A stretch of DNA of 64,000 bases from assembly GCA_963693365.1 (NCBI GenBank), contig CAVNZM010000002.1, forward strand, positions 7,966,454-8,030,453. Reading direction: 5' to 3'. The position numbers and the translations under genes are program-made. Under the pieces are notes generated by a model. That model made no database searches and was not told the DNA's origin. It saw only the letters and a list, made by a program, of their open reading frames with translations. The stretch is from Amoebidium appalachense. Its lineage: Eukaryota > Protista > Ichthyosporea. Shown one piece after another: positions 13,612 to 36,186 of this stretch. Numbering within the stretch: the first letter of the stretch is position 1; every line of letters starts with the position of its first letter.

Positions 13612-13788
13612 TCACTTCCTATGTGTGGCCACATACAGGGCCAGGCCCACCAACACACACACGGCCACCACTGCAGGCACCACGTACACCACCGCATGCC
13701 GCCTGCTCTCCGCCACATGCTGCCGGCGCACACGGCGCTGCTTGCGTGTCTCCTTGCTGGCACCCGTCGGTAACAGATGTGTGTACAT
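13612..13788 (-). CDS. SMCO4-like small single-pass membrane protein (58 aa; true start could lie in an upstream exon)
   Basis: MYTHLLPTGASKETRKQRRVRRQHVAESRRHAVVYVVPAVVAVCVLVGLALYVATHRK*. It matches the recalled SMCO4 pattern (KET.K.K.ER.Q...E.R....VVLP..AV..L....YVAT), with a basic helix followed by one TM segment. It is too short for the ORF track. Confidence 0.7.
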   Translation of the reverse strand: MYTHLLPTGASKETRKQRRVRRQHVAESRRHAVVYVVPAVVAVCVLVGLALYVATHRK

Positions 13789-16700
13789 GTGTGTGTGTTG
13801 GTGTGTGTTGGTGTGTGTGTGTGTGTGTGGGTGTGTGGGTGTGGGTGTGGGTGGGTGTGTGTGGGTGTGTGTGTGTGTGGGTGTGTGTGGGTGTGTGTGG
13901 GTGTGTGTGTGGTGTGTGTGTGTGTGCGTGTGTGCGTCAGTGTGGAGGGGCGGGGTGAGGGGTGAATGGGTGGCTCTGAATAGGTGAATGGGTGACTCTT
14001 GGTTAGCTGGGCTATGTCAAAATTATGTGAGTGGCTGTGTTTCGCGTTTCGGTGCGCATGTGTGAGGTGTGAGTGCGCCGCCCGCACGTGTCTCCCCAGG
14101 CAGTAATAACGTGTGCACGTACATGTCAGTGTTTGCCGTGGTGGTCTTGCAGCAAAGTGCAAACATCATGGCATGGGGTTTTGCAATTTTTGGGGGTGCT
14201 TGGTTGGCCTTGAGTGCCTGAATTATGCCCATACCCACAACGAGTGACCCGGCCAGGACGAAATCTGACCATAGACAATATGCAGATGTTTGAGAGCCAT
14301 ACTGCATTTAGTTTCTTTTACAAACACACACAATGAAAAACGAAATGTGTGTGTGCACTGGTCGCCATGTCACGGTCGGTGTGTTTATTTGAGTGTGAGT
14401 GTGTGCGTGTGCGTGTGCGTGTGCGTGCGTGTGTGTGAGTGTGTGTGCACGTGTGTGTACGTGTGTGTGTGTGTGGGAACGTTTGCTGGCCCGGTGGCAG
14501 GTACATAGTGGCAGTGTGGCGGCGGGACACATGTTGCGTGGGGGGGGAGGGGGGAGGGGGAGGGTTGGGAGGGGGGGGGGAGGGGGAGGGGGAGGACTTT
14601 AATACTACAAAAATGATAGGGTGCATCTTCCTCGATAGTTGTAACACCCCCGTTTCAGTAGCCAAGCTCAAAGACCACACCCGGTCCGGTACCAGGGTGT
14701 AACAGTTGAAAATCATGGTTTGCACAGATAAATACTATCTAGTCCCTACAAGTTGATACATATGCACACGCACGCATGAGCACACGCGTACGCACAGCTG
14801 AGCGCAATGCCTAAACTTTCTTTCTTCCTTCGTCCATTGGCACACCGAACAAAACGTTTTTTGCTCTACCTGCACGCACCCCTTTGAAGCCACAAATTCC
14901 CCAGTGTTTTTCCAAACACATTCCATCTAGAGTTGAAGATGCACCCCAACATGCCAATGTCCAGATGCTCAGGATGCACTGTGCAGAGATAACAGCACGT
15001 GTGCATCACACACACAGGTACATGAGGCAGTCATGCTCGGGGCACCTGTACACGTGCATGCATGCTAGCAACGGCTCGCTAGAGCGCCAAAAGAAAAATC
15101 ATTGGTCTGAGCAACGAATTCACGCACATACCTGCCAGTTGATGTCTGCGCTGTTTGCTTGCCACGACCCATCGTGGCTGAAAGCATTAAACCTGATGCC
15201 TCGGTTAACAACGGCCGCCCCGTACTGCCTTTTTTCGCCTGTTGTATTTCTTATAACACTTCAATCATCGTCTGGTAGTTCTAAGATCGGGGGTGATTTC
15301 CCGTTTTCGCTCCCTCTCTCCCACTTCAAACGTCCCTGCCGCGCACCTAGTCTATGTGCCTAGATTATAATCAGGTTTTCCGTGCTTACCATCATAAATT
15401 CTCTTCCGCACTTTCTCGTTTCTTTCCATTCCTTCCCCTTCTTAGTCATCTTCGACAGGTGCGTGGGTGTCAACGTTGGTGTTTCGTGTGTCTGCAGCTG
15501 CCACAACCACATAAATATTGGCGCCAAAATGACTTTAATCCAATCATATACTTTATAATCTGATATGTGACGTCACGGTCAAGCTGTGACGGGGCACTGT
15601 CGGGGAATGGACACAAAAAAAGCAAAGCTGTGCTATGCACGCAGGTGTTTGTATAGTCCCGTAACAAAACTGATTTCTGAACACGTGTACACCTGTGACT
15701 AGCTAAGAAAAGGTTGCAACAGCGAATGATAGATATCCCTATGCATTCCCAGCCTTCCATGGTGAAATTCTCTACTCTACATGTGTACGAAGATGTGCAC
15801 ATTGTGCGCTCATCAGGCATGAAATACTCGCTTCTGCTTGAGGTGCCTTTCCACACGCGACCACGTATCCGCAGCATTCGTTTTGCTTACACGATGTGCG
15901 AGGGATGTGACCTAATGTATTTTCGGGCAAGGTTTCAGTAATATGCATATGCATATGCATATGGATACTGAACTGGCACGCATATATGAGACAGTGAAGT
16001 TCACGAAGCATTGTCAAATGTGGAGATGGTGCACCATTCTCTAGAAAATAACGCAAGGGGAATTCACCTAGCATTGGTGTACAGAAGGCGAGGCTTGAAT
16101 CTGTGGAATTCCGTTACTGTGGTAACAGATATGTCACACTCACGATGGCGATCGATGTGTTGTTTTGAACCCGCCTTCCTACCTAACACCCTCTGAGCTG
16201 TCTCTCCTTTTTGCGTTTTACTTTTTTTTTTCAGCCCGCAAACGGGTGCGAACGACAGTATGAAGTTCAACGTGAGGGGATAGATCAGTACCTGTCAGCC
16301 TTCCTACTGTAGCTACCCTACAGCGCGTGGGTAGCTGACAGTGTGTAATACATGTTGGCACGGGCGCGTTTATACTACAGAACGCTCTCTCTTTCACACG
16401 CACGCACGCACGCACGCACGTACGCACGCCCCCTCGCCTGCCCGCACGCACACGCACACAACACGGTACATGTGAGTGTACATGTCTTTGTGAGTTGAAC
16501 ACGGGTTTGCACCGGCCTTGGTTTGCACTGCCAGGCAGCGTGGGCAGAACGGCACGCAACCAATCCGCTGCGCGCGCCTCAGAAAGGGCAACCAATCAGA
16601 TATCGGTGATGCTGTCTGGGCCAACCATATTGCACATAGATCGATGATGATAACAGAAAAGTGTGCCCCACCGGCGCGCGCTTGTCTCTTCTTTTGTCAC

Positions 16701-16888
16701 GGTGAAGTGAAAGAGAAGGGCGGGACGATATGCCATGTGGTGTGAGTGTTTATAGGCTTACAAAACCCGTGTTAAAGTATATGTTTATGAGCGCATACGT
16801 GGTCATGAAAATACACACATAGGTTCTGTATACGCACACACACAGGGCCAGGAGGGCACAAGCTGTGTAAACGTAGCAGGTGTCAGCC

Positions 16889-25703
<8,815 letters not shown>

Positions 25704-26154
25704 CTTTAATTTTTAATGGACCAATGGCACACTTGCGTTTTTGGGAACGGCAGGTTGGTAGTTTAGCTTGGTTGAAGGTGGTGTGGTGGGTTTCTGTAAT
25801 CTATCAGGGGTTAAATAAATAACCCATTTTGTCACTTTTTTATCCCTTAAATCTGCACAAAACGGCATGCAACGGGTCAAATATGAATCTTGGTGCATGA
25901 ACACAGAAAAGGTTAGGATGTGAAGATGCATATTTACGAAAAAGGCCCTCGTAATCCCGTGAATGAAAGTGAAAATATTATTTCTTCCGATTTTTTCGTG
26001 CTCTCCCGTGTTATATCGTTTCTTTTTTGTGTTCGAGGTTCAGTCTTTCTGTGCTTTCCTGCTGTTTTTGATTGAAATGATAATGTATCATGTAGACTAA
26101 CACATTGATTGTTTTGATACACTACCAAGAGTTACCCAAAACCGAATGCAAATG

Positions 26155-26930
<776 letters not shown>

Positions 26931-27042
26931 CTATCTGCCAAATGTGGATGCTCTGTGTGCTATTTGTTTGCAGAATCTACTACGTTGTCCGTTGTGAATG
27001 TACACTGCATTCTCGTTAAAGAATTTTACACACACTAATTTA

Positions 27043-27083
<41 letters not shown>

Positions 27084-27109
27084 GGACCTCTGACAATATT
27101 GAAATAGTT

Positions 27110-27358
27110 GCGGGTTTACGCTGTTTACTCGAGGCAAAGAGAGACCAGTCTCAGGTATGGGGGGGTTTTGCTCGGAATATCCCCTCAGCGGTATATCACG
27201 TACATAGCTGTCGGGTGATGATGATATATCAGGGTTTACTTTCTCTACGAGACACCATAAAGACTAAGAAAAATCGATAAGTTGGGGTTCCCCGTTTTTT
27301 TTTGTTTTTTTTTTTTGTTTTTTTTTTGGGCTCCCCTGGGACACTCGGTATCAGCTGG

Positions 27359-27395
<37 letters not shown>

Positions 27396-27910
27396 AGAAT
27401 TATTTTGTAATGATGTGTGTCTCAAGCCAATCAATACTATAAACAGGTCGTAGTTTCGCGTGTCAAGTTAGTATAAAATCAAGGATGTTGTAGTTTACAG
27501 GTAGGCTATCTTTCTGGGTGTCTGTTGTGAATGTGACGTGTGTGTGTTGCGGTATTATGTGGTCTATCAAACTACATTTGACGATACATGACCGTTTAAA
27601 CTGGTGTGTGTGTGTGTGTTGTTTGGGCATGCAAATGATGCCACCTTATACTTATTAGATCTCCACTGTATAGCACGTGTACAGTAAAAGCGTGGTATGT
27701 GATCAATAATACCATCAGCTAGAGAAAGACCAATTCTACAGGAAGGTAATATGTATTTAGGCGTTACACATTTGCAAGTGCCATATTTGGCAATATGGTT
27801 AAGGCGGTCATTATATATAAAACGAGACATAAGGTTTAGTTTTTCAAGGCGTATGCTTTCATCGGGTCTGGTGTCGTGTGATATCTTTTTCCATTTGTTA
27901 TATTGCGTAA
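27110..27910 (-). mobile_element. 5'-truncated, decayed copy of non-LTR retrotransposon family A
   Basis: Collinear with 42289-43157 (ORF2 C-terminus, (CA)n, internal poly(A), ~200-nt tail), with scattered substitutions and small indels. Confidence 0.92.
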
Positions 27911-28039
27911 TAGTTGAGTGCACGTGCACGCGTACTGAATTATTCAATACAGTACTATTGGCCGGGGTGGGTACTTGTCCATTCATGATCATTGAAAGTT
28001 TTTGTGTATTCTCTGTATTATCTGCAATGCTAATTCCAC

Positions 28040-28273
28040 ATGCATCTGTTCAAGAAGGATGGCTTTGAAAGACTCGAGGCAACATCCCCCCCCCACCCCC
28101 TCCCCCCCCCCCCCGGCAGGCGCCCAACAACTCCACCACCACAGAAAAGATTCTTCGCTTATTAGTCATCCTTGGTTCATCTGCACACACACGCACACCC
28201 TAGCCTCCCCCTCCCTCCCCCCCCCCCCCCCCCTCCCCTCCCCAAACATACACACACACACACACACACACAC

Positions 28274-28356
<83 letters not shown>

Positions 28357-28431
28357 CCCGCACGGCCCTTGCTGCCTAGCCACTTGTTTTTTGCCTTTCC
28401 CTGCTCCCTCTTGTCCTTAGCAACCCCATCA

Positions 28432-28477
<46 letters not shown>

Positions 28478-30272
28478 ACTACCATCACCACCACCCACCC
28501 ATCTCTCTGATGTTTGCTTGTGCTCCCACAGTCGCTGCTCGAGCACGCCCAAAATGGCTGTCTGTCGGACCCCCCCGGCCTACCCCTCTACTACGAGACC
28601 ACTGCCGACGCAGATGGGCTCATGCGCTACCGCTGCATCCAGGGCACCAACGTTAACGAGGTGGAGGGGGCAGTGCACAACCCCCTGGCCACCCACTTTG
28701 GGGCCACACGCATGTCGCTGCGCCTGCTGGACGCCACCATGTCCAATAGGCGCCACCGCCACAACCTGCGTGCACTTTATCAACCGCCTGGGCCAGGCAT
28801 CGGGTCCCCCCCACTACAGCCCCTGGATTGTGGACGACATGGAGGCACTGGCCCTGATGCTGTACGGCCATCACCTCGACCCCCAGTGGGTACCCGTGGG
28901 CTGCTACAAGCTACCGGAGGAGTACTTCAACTTTGCTCCCCTCTCCTGTGTGGCCAATGCCCCGGCGCAGGAGCCAGTTGCGGTGCCCGCACCCCCACCT
29001 CCGTCTGATAACAACGAGCTTGCAGCCAATGGCGTGATGGGCGGGCCAGAGGACTGTGAGGTCGAGGAGGGTGACGGTGCTGCCAGGGGGGGGGGGGGCA
29101 ACCAGGTGGCGCGTGGTGCACCACAGCCTGACCCTGCACTGAGGGGCGACTACAAGTTCCTGGCGCAGAAGCAACATGTGGCCATCCCCTTCCTTCCGGT
29201 GCTTACCCCTCAGGAGCGCAAGCTATTCAGCACGCTGCTCCTGGGCACCTACAAGGCACATGCAAAGCCCAACGGCCAGCTGTTTGAGGCTTTGGCCCAA
29301 GACTTCAACAAGGCTGCCTCTGTGGCTGGGGGCATCTACATGAAGGATGCGGCCTGCATCAAGAAGCATTTCGACAAGTGGAAGTCTTAGACCTGGCAGA
29401 CGGTACATGCACAGCGCTCCACACGCGAGGGCCTGGCAGATCACCGCAAGCGTATGCGCGAGGAGAGGGCAGACACTGTGCCAGCAACCATACGGCCTGC
29501 CCCCCTGCCACCCCTCCCTGTTCCAGACGGTGTCGATGCAGAGGCGCAGCGTGAGCAGCCCTTGCCCATGCGTGTGGGCAAGAAGCATCGCGACATTGGG
29601 CCTGAGGGGCCCCTGCAGATGGATTTGCCGGTGCCCCCTCCTATGCAGCCGCCCCAGAGAGCCCCCAAGACCTGCAAGACGTGTGGCCGCCAGGGCAAGG
29701 GCTGCCCCGGCTCCAATCGGGCCAAGAGCTGCCCACGTTGGGTTGCAGCCAATCAGGATGCCATGCCACCAGCACCCCCGCTTGACATGCAGCAGGGCCA
29801 TGTGCTGCACATGCCCCCTGTACCCCATCCAGGCCCGCACCACCCACATGGCTGGCCCCCACCGTGGGGCATCATGCCGCCTCAGCCCGGCCCTGCCTTC
29901 CCCATGCCTGGGCTACTGCCGCAGCACGGTCCCCATCCTTACTTGGGCCATGTGGGCCAGCCCTCAGCTGGTGGGCAGTTCCCACCCCCTTCTCGTGCAT
30001 CTGCTGTGCTGGGCCTGCCGTTGCCACGTGCTGGAGAGACGCAGCTGCGATGGCACGATCGAAAGCAAAGTAATCGTGGCCGCAAGTCTGGAGGCAGCCA
30101 ATCAGGATCTCAGAGTAGTCAGAGTAGCCAAACTAGTGTCTATTGGAATGTACACCAATGTAACGGATCTCATATGTGTTGTAGCGCTTCAAGTTATACC
30201 TGTTCTTCGTACAGTCATGTTAAGGGGGGGGGGGGGGGGGGGTTCATTCCGAAGTTTACTGTTAAGAATTAA
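28040..30272 (+). pseudogene. Decayed C-terminal part of a putative DNA-transposase-like protein (family with SDPPG..LY...YRC.RGTN..EG..H motif, which I associate with DUF6729-containing proteins)
   Basis: LFKKDGFERLE|SLLEHAQNGCLSDPPGLPLYY...YRCIQGTNVNEVEGAVH...RHRHNLRA, a +1 frameshift near 28777, an in-frame TAG at 29388-29390, and a C-terminal CKTC..CPG...C zinc-finger-like motif. The family assignment is from memory only. Confidence 0.55.
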
Positions 30273-30602
30273 AATTTAGAATCTGAGTAATAGTACAGAG
30301 CCATTGCACTTTTCTCTGTTTGTTAGTAATTCTTTGTGATCGAGAGTATGGTGTGTTAGACTAATGGTGTTAATGTGTCCTGGAAGGTGTATAATGTCTG
30401 CTGGCCGCGGTCAGTATTTATTTTTAGGTATATATATTTATAAATGTTGGCCGCTGGCCAATAAATAGCAAGTAATAAACACACGATAAAGTCAACAGTG
30501 TGCCAAAAAACTAATCCCCAGCGAGCGCACCCAGTGATGTGTGTGTGTGTGTGTAAGTGTGTGTGTGTGTGTGCGTGCGTGTGTGCGTGTGTGCGTGCGT
30601 GC

Positions 30603-30633
<31 letters not shown>

Positions 30634-31866
30634 CGCGTGTGTGTGTGTGTATGTGTGTATGTGTGGTGTGGTGTGCGCGCGGCTTGTTACATATGTACGT
30701 GTTCATGTGCACCTGTGTCGGACCGAGGAAGTACATGAAAGTAAATTTTGACAGTATCTGCCGGTGTGTATGTGTATGTGTGCCAGTGCAGCAGGTGTGC
30801 CTTGTAACTGATAGCTTCGCTTTTGTGTGTGTGTATATAGTAGTACACGGTAGACACTTGCTGATCATTCGGATCGACATTAATATTTAATCTGTCGGTC
30901 CTCGGTTTTTTGAGTGAATGATGATCAAGTATAAGAGCATTCACTTGGCAAGTATTAATGTTGCAGAGGCTAGCTGCAGCTGCAAGCGTAGGATGCACAC
31001 TGACAATTGTCTTTTCAGCGAGTCTAACCTGCAGGCTGCAGCTGCACACATATAGGGTTGTTATCTTGCGTCATGCACGGTGATCGTTTCAGAGTAATAG
31101 AGTTCAGAGCAATGAAAACAATGAAAATAACTAAACTTTGTGACTATAAAGTTGCTGAGATCATACGTGGTGCAAGCTGCACTGTGAACACATGTACAGT
31201 GCTAGTAATTAATAAATTTTTGCCACCTTCGGCAGGGTTACCGTAGCTACGTCACGGCCTGCACTCAAGGCCGGGGGGGGGGGGGGGGGGAGCATGATTC
31301 GAAGGGGATTATAAATAAGAACATGCACCTAAAGGTCTTTCCCGTGGATCCTCCCCCCTCCCCCCCCCCCCCCCATCCCTCCCACCTCTCCCTCCCCCGG
31401 GGCCCCATACTATGATATCTAGGCCCAATATTATGTGCCCCTCCTCCCCCCCCCCCCCCCCCCCCCCTCTCCGGATCCCCGCACCCCACTTCCCTACCCG
31501 GAGCTCGAGAGCCCCCCTCCCCCCCCCCCTCCCCCCCCCCCCCCCCCCCAAAGGCTTACGGGGGCCCTTCTTCATTGAGGGGGAGGGGGTGGGGGTGGGG
31601 TGGGGGGGGGGGGGGAGGGGGAGGCGGGGGTGGATGCATGTCAGCCTAGGTGAATTCAATTGTTTAACTCCAGTGTACAGGACTGGTCTGAAGGCTTAAG
31701 AAAACAACGAGGACATGGGGTCCAGTGGACTCGGAGGTGGTGGTGGTGACTGCTCTGTGTGTGTGTGTACACGTGCACGTATGTGTGTGGTTTTTTTTGG
31801 GGGGGGGATCGTGGTGGTGGTGGTGGTGGTGGTGGTCACCGTGGTGGTGGTGTGTGTGTCTGGTGT

Positions 31867-31931
<65 letters not shown>

Positions 31932-32975
31932 TAAAAAGAAAAACTGCTCGAGGGTCACTGTTTTTCGTCACTGTATTTGTAACGGGCCGCTCATATTGAT
32001 AAAGCTACTTTAAGTACACGTGTTCATTATCATATACGATAGCCAAATATAGAAATTTTGGCGTCGAAGTTCTTGGAGCTAAAAAAACGTTCAAAAAAAG
32101 GGGAAATAATAACTGGGCCCCAAATTTACCTTGCCGTTTTTAGCGAATGTATTTTTTATCCATGAGTTCTAGTAATTCAGTGAGTGCACGTGCCTGCCTC
32201 AGGCTGATCATCATGACAATTGCAACACACCATTCCTACATGGATATCAACCAAAAGAAAATAGTCTCTACTGTGGTGGTCTCCTAAACCTTGTGCGGCA
32301 TGCGCATACATGGTATTACAGTGACGCATGTGCATATTATTGTTCTATACACCGGAGTGTGGTGCACGTGGCTGTTTTGTGCACATGCTACAATAGCAGA
32401 ACGATCTCCCTAAACTCCATGTTTACACATCCCTCACCCTGGCTCTGCCTTGTCGGTGCTCCAAAACACACACACAAATCCCCCTAGACTCAGGGCCTGC
32501 ACATGGTCGCATTCACGTGCAGGTCACGTGACACATGCAATGCCATCCTGCCGTCTAGAGCAACAACCACGGCAGCATGTATACCGGCAGCACGAAATAT
32601 ACTTATCGGCAGCCCACTGAACTCGCCTATTTTCTTTTTTTCATGTATGATCATGACCCTGCTTTTTTGTGAAGTCACCCTTTTTGGCCTCCCGGTAGTG
32701 GATTTTGCAGGATTTGACTTCTTTGAGGTCCAAAAACCTCAAATTTTCCCGGGCCGGCGCCGGGGAGGGAGAATTCAAAAATTGCCCGCTCGATCCTGAT
32801 ATGGTACGTACCCGGGGGTTTACACACTTTTTATTGCGTGGACATTGCCGGAGGCCCAGCCACATTCGACGGCCTACTGCGTTTTCCAGCACAGCCAATC
32901 AAATGCAGCCAGTGACATATGTACATGCTAGGCAACAATGAGCGCCATCGTAGGATCTGACACCCCTATTACATA

Positions 32976-35900
32976 TTATGGGTAAGCAGATGCTAGCATC
33001 GGTAGCTCCGACAGAAAGTTAAGGCACCGGATCACAATATCATACTGTGCAGCATTAATAAGGTGATCTAGGATAGTCATCTTAAAACGGATATATTGAG
33101 GAAGAGATGAAGAAAAGAGAATAAAACCGCCAATAACCTCCGGTTCTAATACATTAGCTAACAGGTTGCATTTATTGATAGATATGCAGCCGCGAGTAAA
33201 CCGCCCCCCACACATATTACACATACGAGCAGGAGACACCAGAAACCGATTACACCGCCAAGCCATAATCATCTTTGCGTTTTTACACCACACCACATTA
33301 CGAATAAACGAATCTATGTATGAACGAGACTCTCTAACCGTATCCGCCATATAGGCTACTAGTAGTTGGTGTTTGTGCGGTCCTAACACCGGAAGGGACT
33401 CAACACGTAGAGTAAAAAGATATCTATCAGCCATAGACTTGAAACTATTCATATTCACACTATGATCTAGCCGTACCTCCGGGGGGGTCGCCAGCCATTC
33501 CACATAGCGCTCGGCAATGGGCAGAGACGATGGGGAAGGGAAGAGGTACAGGGGCGAATCCGGCGGGGATGCGTGTAGCCGGAAGAGCGGGTGGTCCGGG
33601 GCACAAGCGGACAGGCGGGTGATGTGCTCGTGAAATTTAAGGGCTAATTCGTGTACGCGTTGTGATGGTGGTGTGAGTGCGTAGAGAGAATCAAAAAGGC
33701 GTCTAGGGATAGGTGTGGAAAGACCAGTGAGAAACATACAACAAGTTGTGTAATGGAAATCATCTAATGATTTGAGGACATTAGTAACAGTATCAGGGGG
33801 TGCCATAGCTAGTAAGGGCAACCCGTATTCCGACAAAGGGCGAATATATGTGCGAAATATACTAAGACGATTGTATAGGTGGACAGTATGAGAAAGAGAA
33901 GCAAGATACACATCCCGAAATAACCGAAGACACCTGCCTGCACTCTCCACCCGACGGTCGATCATCCGTTTGAAACATATGCCCCATTCGTCCACCGGAA
34001 TCCCCAAATACTTGTATTCGATTGGGCGAGGGAGGGGACTGCCGAAAATACAAACGTCGTCCCATGCCGGTATCGATTTTGATAAAAGGGCACACTTTTT
34101 GACATTAATCTGCATATCGTTGCGCTGGCACCAATGTTCAACCACACGAATGTATTGCCGTAGTTCGAGAGGATCGGATGACATAAGCACAATATCGTCG
34201 GCAAAAAAGAGGGCGGGAGGAGCCTGGGATGGCAACCCCCCGTCAATTTGTGCCGCAGAAAGAGTGTCGGCTAAATCATCAATATACAGGTTGAAAAGAA
34301 GAGGACTTAGCAGGGACCCTTGAAGTACCCCGCGCGTGCGGGTAAACCCTGGGGATAGCCGCCCATTAACCACCGCTCGTCCGCGTGTAAACGTAAACAT
34401 AGCTTCCAGTAGCCGACCCATTTGGAATGGGACACCGCGAGTGGCTAACTTGGCCCACAGGCGAGGGAGGTCGACCGTGTCGTACGCGTTCTTAAAATCG
34501 ATAAATACGAGGTGCTCGGTATCACTTTGAGTTGCATTATGTAGAGTGAGGATTTGTGCGTAACATGAGTGTCGATGCCGAAACGCCGCCTGAAGAGGGC
34601 TCAGCTGGGAAGCCTGCTTAAGGGTGGGGTTACGGGAAAAGGCCTGTAAAAGGCCACTTTCGAATAATCGGCGAAAAACGGACGTAAGGGTGATAGGGCG
34701 AAATTCGTGGATGGGACCCTGTGCAACCGTTTTCTTGATGGGAAACACTAAGGTGCCACCTAGCCACTCCGAGGGCACTTTACCGACATCAGAATACCAG
34801 CTAAACAACTCGCTAAGAATACATGTAAGTGGTGGCGGCGGGCCACGCTTTTCGTCTTTCTCGGGTCGGGGTGGGATGAGTACCTTAAGTAGTGCCATAG
34901 GGATGCCGTCCGGCCCGCACGCTTTGCGGGACGGGTAACGGGAGACTAACTGCCATACCGCATCTGGGGTAAAAAGTTCCCCCAATTCCGCCCCAAACTC
35001 AGCCGGCCCCGCTGGCCACGCCGTGTGTGGTGGTGGTGGTGTGTCGGAGGGTGGAACAAAAACAGGAGGGGGCGCCTGCCCCAGGTCCGTGGCCATACAT
35101 GTCGGGTTACGTTTAAACAGGGTGCCGTAAAAGGAATCGGTTGCAGATTCCGGGTCGGATGACGGGTCGGCCGTTATTCGAATCGAATGATCGCCGCGAT
35201 CAATCTTCCGAATATTACCCAATAGCATGTGATACGGTAGAGGCTTACGTAAGGCAGCCTCCGCTCGAGGGCCGCGAGTGTGTGTAGTTCGTGCTTGTGG
35301 GTAAACTTGGGCACCTAAACAGGCATATTCACCTATGTCCCACAAGGTTTCTCGTACTGTAGACCAGACGCTATCGATGAAGGTCTGGTCGGTGCGTAGT
35401 GGGGTTTGGCGTCCATCACGCACAAGCGATAATAGACTCGGTTGCACCGTCTCGAAAAAGAAGCGAGTGTCTGCTTGGCCGCGCTGGCTTTTAAGTTCGC
35501 GTACGTTAAGTCTGTAAGTGTGTTGTGGTGACGGCGTAGAACGGCTAAGTGTAGTGCGAAAGACTATAGGTAGGTGGTCTGACGGTGGGGGGTGTAGGTT
35601 GTGGTGTATGTGTAAGGTGCAAGGACCAGAGGCTGCCCCCCAGTCCGTGCGGTGTTCTTGTACTACAGATGGAAGAGTAAGGCGTAAGGCTGTAACAAAA
35701 GTGTGAAAGGTTGGCGTGCGTGGGTGGTTGGGTTTAAGTAGGGCCTGTGGGTGGCCGTGTAGGGGGTGTGGGGTGGTAGTTAGCGGGCTATTAAAGTCTC
35801 CTAACACTAGTGTGGGGTTATGTGGGGCGATGGTGTTAAGCTCGTGTTTAAGTGCTAGAAGTGGAAGGCTAGGTGGAAAATAAACAAAAGTGCATATATG

Positions 35901-36184
35901 GCCACAAACTGAGATGGTGAGTGTGTGTATTGTACGTGCTATAACTGAACAGTGGTTAACAAAGTGGTAGGCGGCGATGAACACTATGCCGGAGTGAGGC
36001 TTGTGGCCCACAGGCTGAGTAGACTCGCCGACGAGCCGTCCAGACCGACGGAGTGTGGCGTGGTCTCGCCACCACGTTTCTGCGACAACAATAAACGGGA
36101 ACTCCTGTTGGGGTAACGAAAGAAGAAACTGTGTGGACTACTCTTATTTAGACTACGAGCATTCCAGAAAAGAAAGGAGAGCAT
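32976..36184 (-). CDS. LINE family B ORF2: AP endonuclease + reverse transcriptase + C-terminal Cys motif; -1 frame break near 36100-36140
   Basis: FLFWNARSL / VVAETW / LGDFN / SDHLPI (APE); GPDGIP, FRPITL, QAAFR, FIDFKNAYD, GVLQGSLLSP, FADD, YKYLG (RT); C-terminal CNMC. Confidence 0.92.
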
Positions 36185-36186
36185 GC

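Noticed and set aside
30912-31005. C/D box snoRNA candidate (ATGATGA...CTGA)
   Set aside because: No terminal stem and no recognisable rRNA guide; such motifs are expected by chance.
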